DNA of 64,000 nt from a virus, in the IMG/VR virus record IMGVR_UViG_3300025759_000063, positions 1 through 64,000 of that record. The stretch is one strand, 5' to 3'. Positions 9,327-20,223 of the stretch are shown here, piece after piece. The position numbers and the translations under genes were made by a program. Under the pieces are notes generated by a model. It did no database searches. It had not been told where the DNA came from and was given only the letters and a program-made list of their open reading frames with translations. Position 1 is the first letter of the stretch. Each line of letters opens with the position of its first letter.

Positions 9327-10454
9327 TCACTTAGACATTCTTGCAATCATGTCAACATATGCCGACATTGAACCTGAAACAATTTCAGGAGAATGATCTA
9401 CACCTTCAGATAAAGTTTCTGATTTAGTTTTTGTTGGAGTAACTGACTTTGAAGTGAAATATGATTCCTTCAGCATCTCCACCTTTTCACGATATTGTGC
9501 CTCACTTTCAAACTCAACACTTTCGGCAAGTGAAGCGAGCTTCTCTTTCTGAGTAGACGCAAGTCCCTCAGAAACTTGATCTAAGATTCCTTCTGCAACC
9601 GACTCGGAGAGACGCTTGTTAAGGAAAATATTTTTCTCAATTTGCTCGTTGAGTTTTGTCTCCATATCATCAAGTTTTTCTACCATGCTCTCAAGCACAT
9701 CATATTTATCTTCAGGAATTGATACATAATGTTCTTCAAAAAGTCCCTTCATACCAGCAATGAAGGTCTCGGTCATTTCAGTCTTAAGACCATGCTCAAT
9801 TGCGAGTGCATTTTCAGTCATCCACTCGTCAGAAACATACTCAAGATAAGAATCAACACGCTCTGTGAGTGATTCTTTGATTTCTGCAACTTCTTCTTCA
9901 AGTGCAGTTGCATAAACTTTTTGCAGAGACTCTTCAATTTGTGCAACTTTCGAATTGATTGCTGCCTCAAAAATAGTCTTTGCCTTTTCCTTAAACTCTT
10001 CGGAAAGTTCCTCACCTGCTACAAGAGCTTCAACATCCTCATCAATGCTATACTCTTGAACTACTTCTTGCTCTTGGGAAGTAACTTCTTCTTCCTCAAA
10101 AACTTCTTGCGTATCTTCTACTTCTTCTTCAGAAATTACTTCTTCACCTTCAATTTCTTCCTCCTCTTTCATTTTTTGCATTCCTTCGGCAGGCTTAGCA
10201 CCTCTATTTACAACATCTTTAACTGTTGCAAGTGTTGGTTCCTTGAATTTTGCCGAATCATCATCAACTTTATAACTTTCTGGAGTTGGACCGCCAAGAT
10301 CTTCCCAACTACCAGTTTGACCTGGAGTAGAAACATTGGAAGCATTTGAACCTGCTGATGACATTGAATCTGCTGCTTTTGCACCAGAGTTAACAGCGGT
10401 TTGGGATTGCTTAGTGCCTACTTCCATTTCTTGTAATTCTGTACCACGAGACAT
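9327..10454 (-). CDS. gp22: Prohead core scaffold protein
   Basis: Acidic coiled-coil protein with LSEEFKEKAKTIFEAA; lies between gp21 and gp23. Confidence 0.93.
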   Translation of the reverse strand: MSRGTELQEMEVGTKQSQTAVNSGAKAADSMSSAGSNASNVSTPGQTGSWEDLGGPTPESYKVDDDSAKFKEPTLATVKDVVNRGAKPAEGMQKMKEEEEIEGEEVISEEEVEDTQEVFEEEEVTSQEQEVVQEYSIDEDVEALVAGEELSEEFKEKAKTIFEAAINSKVAQIEESLQKVYATALEEEVAEIKESLTERVDSYLEYVSDEWMTENALAIEHGLKTEMTETFIAGMKGLFEEHYVSIPEDKYDVLESMVEKLDDMETKLNEQIEKNIFLNKRLSESVAEGILDQVSEGLASTQKEKLASLAESVEFESEAQYREKVEMLKESYFTSKSVTPTKTKSETLSEGVDHSPEIVSGSMSAYVDMIARMSK

Positions 10455-10501
10455 TTGAACTCTCCGATTTACCTGTATTAAATCTATATTTATTTATCAA
10501 T

Positions 10502-11152
10502 TTATAAATTTGAAAGAAACTCATTAAACAAGTCTAACTTGTGTTCCTCCAAGCGTTTTTGATCAACTAAGGTATTAATTCTTCTTTGAGTTTGTGCTGC
10601 AAACTTTTCACGAAGAATACCTCCTTCCCATACCCACTCTTTACCCTCCATAATTCCCTGAACAAATGCATCAGGTGCAGATGGATCGGCAACAATATCA
10701 GCAGCAGTTGCTAACATAAAATCTTCACCAACTTGACTATAACCTTCTTTGGTTGGTCTTAATGAACCAATACCGCGAGAAGAAACGCCGAGACAAACAC
10801 CTTCTTTTAAAAGTGATTCTGCAATCTTACCCATTGGGGTTGAAAGAATCTGTGCCTTTCCGATAAAGTTGTTACCCTTCTGCTCAAGTGCAACAATCTT
10901 ATGAGAAACTCTGTCCAGGTTTACTGTTGGACCATCGGGGTGTCCGAGTTCTCCAAGAGCACGACCCTTATTGACATATTGCTCAGTATATCTTCTTACT
11001 TCCTTTTCCATAATGGACATAGGATACATACGTCCATTTCTGTTTACACACTCTGCCTGAAGGAAAGGTCCGGTAATATAGAGTTTTGCCTCTTTACCGA
11101 CACCTTCGGTAATAACCTCTACCTTTTCGATTTCCTCTCTAATAAGTTTCAT
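10502..11152 (-). CDS. gp21: Prohead protease
   Basis: NRNGRMY, ALGELGHP, GVSSRGIGS, DIVADPSAPDAFV. Confidence 0.96.
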   Translation of the reverse strand: MKLIREEIEKVEVITEGVGKEAKLYITGPFLQAECVNRNGRMYPMSIMEKEVRRYTEQYVNKGRALGELGHPDGPTVNLDRVSHKIVALEQKGNNFIGKAQILSTPMGKIAESLLKEGVCLGVSSRGIGSLRPTKEGYSQVGEDFMLATAADIVADPSAPDAFVQGIMEGKEWVWEGGILREKFAAQTQRRINTLVDQKRLEEHKLDLFNEFLSNL

Positions 11153-11364
11153 CTTTTTATTAGTTCTTTAACTTTATTTATTATTTAAAGTAACTTTCTA
11201 TATTTTAAAAGGTACTTACTGCAATAGAAATTGGTTGAGAAGAAACGACCGTCAATGGCAAGGGTATTTGTAATATTAATAGAAATATTATCAATGATAG
11301 TTTTTTAAGGTTGTTGAGAATTTGTAGTAATTATTCTACTTATCTTATATTGGTTTAATTTAAC

Positions 11365-11631
11365 TCATCCAGTATACCCTACTTTTGATGCCTTAATCGA
11401 GGGACTTGTCCAAATGACATCAGAACCGTTTTTTTCCAAAAATTCTACAGTGTTTGCTGGCATTGTAAAATATGTTGTTGTTGCAGCTCCAACACTTGTA
11501 GAAAGTCCGACTGTTGCTATACCTGAAGTATCGTTGTGAAGTCTAACTACAGTAGCACTTGATATGCTCGTAGATGAACCAGCAACAGTTGCTGTTGCAA
11601 CTTCAGTTTCAATAATTTTAGTCTTAGCCAT
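11365..11631 (-). CDS. Hypothetical protein in head module
   Basis: 88-aa ORF with an upstream AATAAATA late promoter near 11652-11659. Confidence 0.7.
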   Translation of the reverse strand: MAKTKIIETEVATATVAGSSTSISSATVVRLHNDTSGIATVGLSTSVGAATTTYFTMPANTVEFLEKNGSDVIWTSPSIKASKVGYTG

Positions 11632-11661
11632 TTCTAATATTGTTTATTAGTTATTTATTAA

Positions 11662-11820
11662 CTACTGATTCCCTGAAGAATAATCAAACATGGAAGATGC
11701 AACTTCTGGTCTTTTGACTTCAATTTTTTCGGCTGATTTTGAGTATAGAATTTCTTTTACTCTATCGCTGATATCGGAAATCGAAGAGTTGTCCATAATC
11801 ATGTCCATTAATTCATCCAT
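11662..11820 (-). CDS. Small prohead core-like protein (gp67 position), 52 aa
   Basis: Manual translation MDELMDMIMDNSSISDISDRVKEILYSKSAEKIEVKRPEVASSMFDYSSGNQ; follows portal gene; late promoter at 11848-11855. Confidence 0.7.
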   Translation of the reverse strand: MDELMDMIMDNSSISDISDRVKEILYSKSAEKIEVKRPEVASSMFDYSSGNQ

Positions 11821-11847
11821 TTTTTTAAATAAAAATTAACTAAGTAA

Positions 11848-11855
11848 TATTTATA
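11848..11855 (-). promoter_or_regulatory. T4-type late promoter TATAAATA
   Basis: Exact match overlapping the gp20 stop. NATAAATA variants also precede uvsW, gp22, gp20, gp18, gp15, gp13, gp8 and gp25. Confidence 0.75.
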
Positions 11856-13500
11856 TCTCTCCGCCTTCTGGTGGTTCTACAACTTTAGAAGATTTATTTA
11901 AATCTGGTTCCATAATCGGTGCTCCCAAGTCCATTTGCACATTTTGATCTGCAGGAATTCCAGTTTCTGGATCTACTGGAATTGATGGATCTGGTATTAT
12001 ACCATCTTTAATTTCTTTTTTAATCAATTCATCCTGCTCAATAATTTCTTTATCTGTTTGTCTGAGCACCTTCCTTCGTAAATAGTCTTGAGAAAAGTAT
12101 TTTCCAACATAAGGTTCTGCTGTTTGGACTAAAGTCAATCTTTCATTCATCAATTCCGCTTCTTTAAGCTCTGAGAAATGATTATCATAAAGGAAGTCAT
12201 ACTGAATATGCTCTTCCATTTTCTCCCAATCTTCTGGAGTGATGATATTCTTAAGAAGAAGTTGAGTTCTCAACATATCATTAAACATATGTGAGAATCT
12301 CTTCCTCAGACGACCGACAAACTTAGTAAATTTGAGTTCGTCTCTTAGAATTTCAGAAGAACGGCCAAGATTAAATCCACCTTCTCCATCCATTCTTGAC
12401 GGTGGAACATTCAGTGAACGATATAACTTCTTCTTGAAATATTCAATATCAGTAATCTCACCAAGGTTTTGACCACCGGGAAGTGTAGAGATTTCAGTTC
12501 CTCTACCACCTTCTCTTCTTGGAAGCCAGAAATCTTCAAGCATACTCATATACTTTTTATCGTCACGGATTTCTCCCGTGCTTGCATCGTATACAAGTTT
12601 GTTGCGATAACGCATCATAACATCACGAAGATATTGCTCTGCCTTTACCTTTGGAAGATTGCCAACATCAATGTAGAAAATACGACGTTCTGGTGCTCTT
12701 GACAATCTGTAAATTACCAGAGAATCCTCAATCATTCTCAGTTGATTGAGTGACTTAATTGCTTTGTGTAGATATGATAAAGTCAATCCTTTATTCCTAT
12801 CAACCAAACCAGATGTGCAATATGCAATAGAATCTTTAGACATTTTTATGCCTTTAGATGAATTTATCATGGATTGATTATTCAACTTTGGAGTATACAT
12901 AAAATACTCTTCTATTTCGGGAAAATTATAATCCATTGGATCACTGTCCCTCAAATTGGGCATTCTTATGTTTACTCTATCATCATTCTTTTTTTCTTGC
13001 CTAACATATCTCATTTTCATTGAATCAATATATCTCAATTCCTGCAATCCTTCTTGGGGATTTTTGAGATCTATTACTTTGTGATAATAAATTCTACCAT
13101 CAATATACCAATTCCTATAAATTTCGTGAGATTTTCTATCAAAATCTAAAAGTTCCAAAATATATTTGAACTCTTCTCTTATTTTATTTTTAATTCCATC
13201 ACTTGCATTTAAATTTGATAATTCTATTTGTATCGGACTATCATCAACATCAGATACTATAGCTTCATTAACAATATCCTCAATGGCACTATCACACTCA
13301 GGATGAAGTGCCATTTCTCGATATCTTCTAATTAGGTCAAATTCGCTTTTATATACTCCTTCAAGGTCAACATAAGAACCAAAAAAACCACTAGAGAGAT
13401 AGTGGTCAACCCCATCATCATTGGTTTGAGGAATGGGGGAGACTGTACTCTTAGTGGGTTTTTGGTTATTTTCTATTGAAAATCCAAATAATTTTGACAT
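11851..13500 (-). CDS. gp20: Portal vertex protein
   Basis: YRLSRAPERRIFYIDVGNLP, EDFWLPRREGGRGTEI. Confidence 0.97.
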   Translation of the reverse strand: MSKLFGFSIENNQKPTKSTVSPIPQTNDDGVDHYLSSGFFGSYVDLEGVYKSEFDLIRRYREMALHPECDSAIEDIVNEAIVSDVDDSPIQIELSNLNASDGIKNKIREEFKYILELLDFDRKSHEIYRNWYIDGRIYYHKVIDLKNPQEGLQELRYIDSMKMRYVRQEKKNDDRVNIRMPNLRDSDPMDYNFPEIEEYFMYTPKLNNQSMINSSKGIKMSKDSIAYCTSGLVDRNKGLTLSYLHKAIKSLNQLRMIEDSLVIYRLSRAPERRIFYIDVGNLPKVKAEQYLRDVMMRYRNKLVYDASTGEIRDDKKYMSMLEDFWLPRREGGRGTEISTLPGGQNLGEITDIEYFKKKLYRSLNVPPSRMDGEGGFNLGRSSEILRDELKFTKFVGRLRKRFSHMFNDMLRTQLLLKNIITPEDWEKMEEHIQYDFLYDNHFSELKEAELMNERLTLVQTAEPYVGKYFSQDYLRRKVLRQTDKEIIEQDELIKKEIKDGIIPDPSIPVDPETGIPADQNVQMDLGAPIMEPDLNKSSKVVEPPEGGEI

Positions 13501-13543
13501 TATGTATTTCTAGCGTACTTTATCTAAGTACTATTTATTACTA

Positions 13544-14185
13544 TTAAGAAATCTCAGTACTTGTTTGATCTCTAGAACCAGATCCTTCTCCTGCAGTCCA
13601 CCATTGAACTTGGAATTCAACTGTATATTCTTCAATAGTATCTCCACTATCATATGAAAGATCAATCTGAGAAACATTGGTTGGGAAAATGTCATAGAAC
13701 TTGTAAGTTCTTAGTGGAAGTATTGCCGAACCATTATCCAAATTGGAATTATTTGTAGAGAACAACTGCCCCGCACCTCTACCAAGTTGATGCACAAGAG
13801 CATCTGACATATATGATGCTGGATTTGTTGCACCAGTATTGTTTGATAACTTACTGATAGAATTCATCCAGAGTTCAAAGGCTGTTCTAAGTTTGAAATC
13901 TTCATCATTAATGATTGTCACTGTCCAAGCATCGATTGTTCTATCACCAGCTACCTTTAAAGTTCTTCCTCTAAAGGGAACTTCAATTGGCGAAATATTC
14001 GATGCGGGAAGTGCTGCAGCCTTGCAAAGAAACTTAAAAGTTTCTGACTCTTGCCCAGCACCCGTTCCCCAAAGGGACTGAAGTGGTGCGGGGAAAGACC
14101 CCAACTCCACTTCAAACAGATTAGGTCTTGCACCACCACCTGCGAGTCTTTCTTTAAATCCTGAAATTGTTCTGAGAGTAGACAT
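13544..14185 (-). CDS. gp19: Tail tube protein
   Basis: GGGARPNLF, FRGRTLKVAGDRT, WTVTIINDEDF. Confidence 0.95.
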   Translation of the reverse strand: MSTLRTISGFKERLAGGGARPNLFEVELGSFPAPLQSLWGTGAGQESETFKFLCKAAALPASNISPIEVPFRGRTLKVAGDRTIDAWTVTIINDEDFKLRTAFELWMNSISKLSNNTGATNPASYMSDALVHQLGRGAGQLFSTNNSNLDNGSAILPLRTYKFYDIFPTNVSQIDLSYDSGDTIEEYTVEFQVQWWTAGEGSGSRDQTSTEIS

Positions 14186-14220
14186 TTTTAAAACCTCCTT
14201 ATTTGTTAATTAATAAAAAA

Positions 14221-16383
14221 TCAAATTCTACCTGCTACTTCTTCAAAAGAAATCCCAGTTCTAGTAGCAACAAAGGTTAATGTGATGTAGTTGATTGATC
14301 TTGTTGGCTTCAGAAAAATGTCCGCTCTAAATTCATTATTGTCGATAACATCTGAAGTGTTATTGGTTTCATCACAAATGACTAAGAAATCAAATACACC
14401 TTGCTTAGATTGAACATCTCTCAAGTATGGTTCAACAATGTTTGTGAAGTTTGCTCTTGTTGTTTGGTTATTCAATTCAAACAATTGAGCTTCTCCTGCT
14501 GACTTAAGTGCCTGCTCAACAGTCAAGAACAATCTGCGAACATTGATTCTATCAAATGCAGATGGATATGAAAGGGCAGTTTTATCGCCAAACAGTAATA
14601 TTCCAGCACCTGGTTGATTAATTATTGAATTTACTCTTGCCTTATAAAGAGAATCTCTTTGGGATTTTGTTGGAGTATATGCAAGTTTTACCGCATTATT
14701 CAATATACCTCTTTGCTGTCCTGCAGGAGAGAACCAGGGGAAAGAAGTTAAACTTGTTCTTGCCATTAGACCTGCAACATCTGCACTACAAGGAACATAC
14801 CTAAAAGTATTATTGTATTTGTCAAATGTATACTTGTAACCACTATCAAATATTGCATATGATGAAGATTGGAGTGGTGAGAAGAACTTAATTATGTTAT
14901 TTGTCTGAGTTTCTTTATTTGAAACGTTTACAACATCTGATCTATATGGCGAAATGACTGCAAGGCAATCTTTACGGGATTCTGCGGTAGTGATTAATTT
15001 ATTTGCGAGTGCTTGAGTATCTTCTATGTTACTTAATGATGGACCTGCAATTAAGAAATCAACATCAACCTCATCTTCATTTGTGAATAAATCATAAGCA
15101 AGACTCAGTTTCCCAAGATTGGATTTATAATCATCCACACCATCCGAAAGAACAAAAGTTTGAGCACCAATTGCACTAAATGTTGCTCCTTGAGCATTTT
15201 GATTCCAACCACCATTCGTAGTAGAAACTGGTGCAAATGTTGTTGAAGTAGTGAATCCAGTTGCTACAGGAGTGATATTGTTTGTTGTATCCGTGCTTGT
15301 ATAATATGTATTTCCTGCATAAATGTAATTTGAAACATTTGCAAGATAATCTCTATAATAAATTCTTTGTGGCGAACTTACTCCAGAAATTGCATCTTTT
15401 GCTTTGGAGATTCCAATATGCTTTTCAAGAATATTTCCTTGAACACCTGAAATAGAACCATTATCATCAACAATTACAATATTTAATGCGTCATTTTTTG
15501 AACTTCTTCCAAGTCCATACTGAGAAGTTACTGGTTTTGGTGCGATAGACTTCCAAAATACTGTAGAATTTGTAAGTCCTAATGTTTGTTGATCGTACCA
15601 ATCAACTGCAGTAATTGTAGTGCTAGCAATTCCAATATTAACTGGTCCTGCAGTGCTAGAAATTCCAATATCAACCGAACCATTTACAAATGAAGTATAT
15701 GCACTTCCTTCAGCATATTGAATGGCATCATATGTAACTCCACTATCAGTAGTTCTATTTGTAATCTTTACGTCAAGGGTGTATGTTTCAGTATTAATAC
15801 CAGTAATAATTCCTTTAAGTGCACCAGATACGATACTAGTTGATCCAGCTCCAGGTACAACAAGATTGCTAAAGGGAACTGTAATTCCATATCCAACTTG
15901 AATTCTGGAGAATAATGTTGCTCCAGCGCCTACTGTTATGATTTGATCTGCTTTATCATCAACGACACAAACTTTTAATCCATTCGCCCAAGTTCCTGGA
16001 GTTTTTGCTGCATAGTGATAGTTTCCAGTTTCTTGATTATCATAATCATCACGATTTTTAATATCTACTGTAGCATCAGAACTGTATCCAGTTCTAGAGT
16101 TCTTCAGACTATCTGAATCAGTTCTAACAACCTTTAAAATGCCACCATAAGAAAGATATGATGCTGCAGATAACCAATACTCATATTGGGATTCTGTAGA
16201 AATTGGTTTTCCGAAGGTTTTTACAAGTTCTTGTTCGGTTGCAATCTCTACAACTTCCTCTACAGGTCCGATTTGGAATGGTCCTGCAATACATCCAATG
16301 TTGTCAAGAACATTTTCAGCTCTTCCTACGGTTAAATCAACTTCTCGGACAAGTGTGCCTGGAGATAATTGAGGAGTCGCCAT
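14221..16383 (-). CDS. gp18: Tail sheath protein
   Basis: SPG...REVDLT, PWFSPAG, FDRINVRRLF, KPTRSINYITLTF. Confidence 0.96.
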   Translation of the reverse strand: MATPQLSPGTLVREVDLTVGRAENVLDNIGCIAGPFQIGPVEEVVEIATEQELVKTFGKPISTESQYEYWLSAASYLSYGGILKVVRTDSDSLKNSRTGYSSDATVDIKNRDDYDNQETGNYHYAAKTPGTWANGLKVCVVDDKADQIITVGAGATLFSRIQVGYGITVPFSNLVVPGAGSTSIVSGALKGIITGINTETYTLDVKITNRTTDSGVTYDAIQYAEGSAYTSFVNGSVDIGISSTAGPVNIGIASTTITAVDWYDQQTLGLTNSTVFWKSIAPKPVTSQYGLGRSSKNDALNIVIVDDNGSISGVQGNILEKHIGISKAKDAISGVSSPQRIYYRDYLANVSNYIYAGNTYYTSTDTTNNITPVATGFTTSTTFAPVSTTNGGWNQNAQGATFSAIGAQTFVLSDGVDDYKSNLGKLSLAYDLFTNEDEVDVDFLIAGPSLSNIEDTQALANKLITTAESRKDCLAVISPYRSDVVNVSNKETQTNNIIKFFSPLQSSSYAIFDSGYKYTFDKYNNTFRYVPCSADVAGLMARTSLTSFPWFSPAGQQRGILNNAVKLAYTPTKSQRDSLYKARVNSIINQPGAGILLFGDKTALSYPSAFDRINVRRLFLTVEQALKSAGEAQLFELNNQTTRANFTNIVEPYLRDVQSKQGVFDFLVICDETNNTSDVIDNNEFRADIFLKPTRSINYITLTFVATRTGISFEEVAGRI

Positions 16384-16465
16384 TTTTTTCTCCGTGATTC
16401 TCAGTTTATCTAAAAAATATTTATTAAAAAGTTACTTTACGTGGGGGGAAACTGGTGGTGAATGT

Positions 16466-16690
16466 CTACCAATCTGGATATTGCCAAAATCCAATATCCT
16501 TTTTTGTAGTATTTAAAATTCTTTTCTTTGTACACTCTTTACATTCATATGAATATGAGGAAGGAACGGGTCCTTTATACTTTCTTGTCCGATAAAAATC
16601 ATCTACTAAATTTTTAATCATCCCACACTTCTTACACTTTCTATCACTTAATAAAAGATGACCAAGCCTTATTTGCTTATCTAATTCCAT
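16466..16690 (-). CDS. Small zinc-finger protein (two CxxC)
   Basis: RKCKKC...DFY...YSYECKEC; start placed at MELDKQ, overlapping the gp17 stop. Confidence 0.7.
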   Translation of the reverse strand: MELDKQIRLGHLLLSDRKCKKCGMIKNLVDDFYRTRKYKGPVPSSYSYECKECTKKRILNTTKKDIGFWQYPDW

Positions 16691-18336
16691 TATTGATAGT
16701 CCCACATATAAGACATATCTCCATATTCATCAGTAAACCACCTATCTCCACTATCATCAACAAAAGTTTCTTCACCATTCAATCCATCAACAATAAAACC
16801 AAAAGGTGACATATCTTGCTCTATCTGGTTTTTTTGCTCTTCATATAATCTTTTTCTAATATCTTGGTCAGTAAGTTCCTTGAAATAATCCTGAGCAACT
16901 AACCAAGCATATATCACTAAGCACATCGCAAGGTCATCATTGCACCCATCTTCTGCCTCAAAAGAATTATGCTTTGAAATAAAAGTAGTAAGTTCAGAAA
17001 TAATCTCATAGTCATTAAATATGAGTTTATCTTCTTCAATAATTGTCTTTAAGTTAAGTGCTCCAACCTTCTTAACGGTCTTGGACATTTTAACTCCAAG
17101 TTGTGTTTTCTTTCCAGAAAAACCTTGACCTACAATTTGACCTGCTCTTCCTCTCATAGAGCACATCAAAACATTTTGATACTCCAAGTCATAGTGAAGC
17201 AATGATGCTACCTGATCTCCAATATCATTAACTTCGCAAAGAATATATGCCCCATTATAACTTTTTGCTAATTCATATATTATATTTGGGAACATCATAG
17301 GTTTAATTTCATTGTTCCTATATTTTGCCACCAATCTATGAGGAAACTCTGTAATATCAATAACAACAAATGCCGAGTAGTCCTCACTAACTCCCCTAGC
17401 AACGTCAACAGTTACAACATAGTCGTGATTTTCTTTTGGATTTTCGTATACATCTAGTCCAGCATTTCTTTTTATTGGGTCACTAAAAACAAGAGATTTT
17501 AACTTTGATGGTGCAATCAAAGTATCAACAGAGCCTAGGAACTCACACTCAAACTCAACTTTAAACTGCTGTTCTGATGTGTTTGCAATAGTTTGTGCTT
17601 TCCATGCAGAGTCTCTTCCTGGAACTTCCGACCAGTGAACATCTGTGGGAACATATTCATTCTTTCCCCTCTCAGAATCGTGCCAATACCTATAAAAATG
17701 ATTCATCCCGTGAGGGGTTGAAACCATTATGACTTTTGTGCTTTTACCAGAAGTAATAGTAGGATAAACAGATGCAAAGAAGGAATCTGCGATATGGTTC
17801 GGAACGAAAGCAAACTCATCGAGAAAGAGGATATTGAATGACATGCCTCGGACAGCACTTGCAGACGTAGAAGCAGCCAGTATCTTTGATCCATTTTCTA
17901 ACTCGATGTTACCTCTGTTCCAGGCTATAATACCCTGTTGCATCCATTTAGGCAAGTTCTCATAAGCAGTGGCAAGTCTTCCAAGAAGTTCTCTTGCAGT
18001 TGCTGCTTTGTTTGCCAGAATGCCAATGTTTACACTATCATTAAAAATAAGATAATGAAGAAGATAAGATACCACAGTTGTAGACTTTCCAGTCTGCCTA
18101 GGCATCTTACAAATATTAAATCTATTTTCGTGGAATCTATTAATTAATTTCTCTTGGAAATCGTAGGGTTTAAATTGTGTTAATCCTTCGTCAAGAGAAA
18201 CAATTTTTATATAATTGTTGGCAAAATAAACAGGATCATCTTTACACCTCATAAATTCTAAAATTTGTTCTTGTGTAAACTCAATCTGAGTATTTGCCTT
18301 TTTTAATAAAGGATTGCCAAGATATACTTCACTCAT
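16690..18336 (-). CDS. gp17: Terminase large subunit
   Basis: PRQTGKST Walker A, FLDEFAF Walker B, VDVARG and NDDLAM nuclease motifs. Confidence 0.97.
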   Translation of the reverse strand: MSEVYLGNPLLKKANTQIEFTQEQILEFMRCKDDPVYFANNYIKIVSLDEGLTQFKPYDFQEKLINRFHENRFNICKMPRQTGKSTTVVSYLLHYLIFNDSVNIGILANKAATARELLGRLATAYENLPKWMQQGIIAWNRGNIELENGSKILAASTSASAVRGMSFNILFLDEFAFVPNHIADSFFASVYPTITSGKSTKVIMVSTPHGMNHFYRYWHDSERGKNEYVPTDVHWSEVPGRDSAWKAQTIANTSEQQFKVEFECEFLGSVDTLIAPSKLKSLVFSDPIKRNAGLDVYENPKENHDYVVTVDVARGVSEDYSAFVVIDITEFPHRLVAKYRNNEIKPMMFPNIIYELAKSYNGAYILCEVNDIGDQVASLLHYDLEYQNVLMCSMRGRAGQIVGQGFSGKKTQLGVKMSKTVKKVGALNLKTIIEEDKLIFNDYEIISELTTFISKHNSFEAEDGCNDDLAMCLVIYAWLVAQDYFKELTDQDIRKRLYEEQKNQIEQDMSPFGFIVDGLNGEETFVDDSGDRWFTDEYGDMSYMWDYQ

Positions 18337-18342
18337 GAAAAA

Positions 18343-19902
18343 TTAGTCCTCAATAAATGTTATTGCACAATCTGCTTTTTGTAAAACGGATTCTGATGAA
18401 ACTGCCATCGTTAATCTTCTTTGGGGTGGCAGAACAATTCTTAATGCATCAAGATCAATTGTTTCAGGCGCACCAGATGTGACACAAAATACTGCTATTG
18501 GGTCTCCAGCAGTAATTGTTGTATCTGTTCTTGAGTATGAAGATGCGTTTCCGAGAGGTGTAAAATCTAAAGGACCAGCAGTTATTGGGTCAAGATATAA
18601 GTAGATAAAGCATGGTGCCGATGAGGATGCTGTTGTTAGAGCACTAATTTTTTTTATTATAAGTTCTCTTGTATTAATTTTATCGTTAACTATCATACCA
18701 CCTTTGATTGTAAGAAGATGGAATTTTGTTCCAGTAGCATTCATTCCACCGCTTTTGGTTCTGAAAGCTGCAAGTGGATTTGTTGTGGTATTAATTATAC
18801 CCTCAATAGCACCCATCATAGATGCACCAGAAACGGTTACACCAACACCAGAATTTCCATCCAAATTAGCAGCAACATAACCAATTTTAAGTGATGGATT
18901 ATCCAAATGAACTGTGTTGTTTCTATTTGAATAATGAATGTGGTGAATGGGCATCATATCACCAGTATCTGGATTTTCAACTGCAAATCTCATTTCACCA
19001 ACACCCAACCAACGGAAATTGATTTGATATACATTCAGTTTAGTTGGATCTAATGTAACTCCCGATGGATTTGTAGTTCCACCAACACCAGTAAGAGTAT
19101 CAAAATTCCAATCTTCTTGATATGTCCAATTACTAGTATGATTTACTCCCGACTGTGCAGTTGTGGAGGTTGCTACAAAATCTCCATTACTTACAATAGA
19201 AAATGTTCCTGCCTTTGGACCTACACTTGTAGATAGAAAATCAATAAATCCATTGCTATAATCAGTAATCCAACCAGGAAAAGTGTTGGTGCCAATACCA
19301 GTTGCATTCTGTGTCGCTGTTCCAGATCCAATAGTAACTGTAGTCGCAACTCCGGCCAAAGTTATGGTTATATTTTCTGTTCCACTTGTTGGCGTTGTAA
19401 TAGAAAATCTATGAATATGTGCTTTACCACCATTCTCGCGAAGAATACCAAATCTTCCATTGGTATTAAAACCAACTTGAAGTGCTTGTTCCTGCGCAAA
19501 GAATCCTGCTCTTTGAGTGTATCCTTCTACACTCCCAGAAAATTGTGCTGTAAATCTTGCCAGAGCACCTTGTCCTGGACGGTATCTTACCGACCTTTTA
19601 GAACGTATAACACCATATCCATAAGCACCAGTTCCTGTTGATGCCTCCATTAAGGTATTGGAAGTTGTTGCCCCAGTTCCAAATGAATATGTTTCAAACC
19701 TATCCGAATTTAATCCATAAAGACCATCAAGTTGAAATACAGGAGTAATAGGGACAGAAACGTTTTCTCCAAAAGCACTACTTCCACTTGCAGTTCCATG
19801 GCACCCATCAATATTGCCGTATCTATCGGCACACATATAAACTTCAAAAAGACTTCTTTCTTGATTTAGATAGTCTTGATTATTTTTATTCCATTGTGCC
19901 AT
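18343..19902 (-). CDS. Probable virion-associated hypothetical protein (Gly/Thr-rich)
   Basis: About 520-aa ORF starting MAQWNKNNQDYLNQERSLFEV, between gp16 and gp17. Confidence 0.75.
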   Translation of the reverse strand: MAQWNKNNQDYLNQERSLFEVYMCADRYGNIDGCHGTASGSSAFGENVSVPITPVFQLDGLYGLNSDRFETYSFGTGATTSNTLMEASTGTGAYGYGVIRSKRSVRYRPGQGALARFTAQFSGSVEGYTQRAGFFAQEQALQVGFNTNGRFGILRENGGKAHIHRFSITTPTSGTENITITLAGVATTVTIGSGTATQNATGIGTNTFPGWITDYSNGFIDFLSTSVGPKAGTFSIVSNGDFVATSTTAQSGVNHTSNWTYQEDWNFDTLTGVGGTTNPSGVTLDPTKLNVYQINFRWLGVGEMRFAVENPDTGDMMPIHHIHYSNRNNTVHLDNPSLKIGYVAANLDGNSGVGVTVSGASMMGAIEGIINTTTNPLAAFRTKSGGMNATGTKFHLLTIKGGMIVNDKINTRELIIKKISALTTASSSAPCFIYLYLDPITAGPLDFTPLGNASSYSRTDTTITAGDPIAVFCVTSGAPETIDLDALRIVLPPQRRLTMAVSSESVLQKADCAITFIED

Positions 19903-19904
19903 AA

Positions 19905-20222
19905 TCAATCAATCCACTCTAATTTTGATGGGTGATACCTTTTTGCATTTTTGATATTAAAATTCTTTTCCTGTATCGGATAAATTTGATGCACAACAAC
20001 TCCAGGATATTCACCTTGGAGTTGTTCTCCAAGTTCTTGCTTTGATGGTAAACCAGACTTAGTTACCATCTCAAGTCGGTATAAACTTCCTTGCCACATT
20101 ACATCTGCAATGTAACTTTCGCCAACTTGTTGTTGTTCTGGTTGGGAGTTGATGTAAAGATTTCCGTTAAAGTCCCCAGAAATAGTTACTGATTCTGATA
20201 AAAACTCTTTAAAACTTTTCAT
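19905..20222 (-). CDS. Putative internal head protein with capsid-targeting-like N-terminus
   Basis: Start reassigned to MKSFKEFLSE (20222), resembling the T4 internal-protein targeting sequence MKTYQEFIAE. Confidence 0.7.
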   Translation of the reverse strand: MKSFKEFLSESVTISGDFNGNLYINSQPEQQQVGESYIADVMWQGSLYRLEMVTKSGLPSKQELGEQLQGEYPGVVVHQIYPIQEKNFNIKNAKRYHPSKLEWID

Positions 20223-20223
20223 A

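Noticed and set aside
11190-11360. Possible gene remnant between the 88-aa gene and gp21
   Set aside because: AT-rich with interrupted frames and no recognisable homology; cannot be supported as a pseudogene.
16690-18336. Intein or intron in terminase, portal, capsid or helicase genes
   Set aside because: Protein lengths look normal and no intein or intron signatures were seen.
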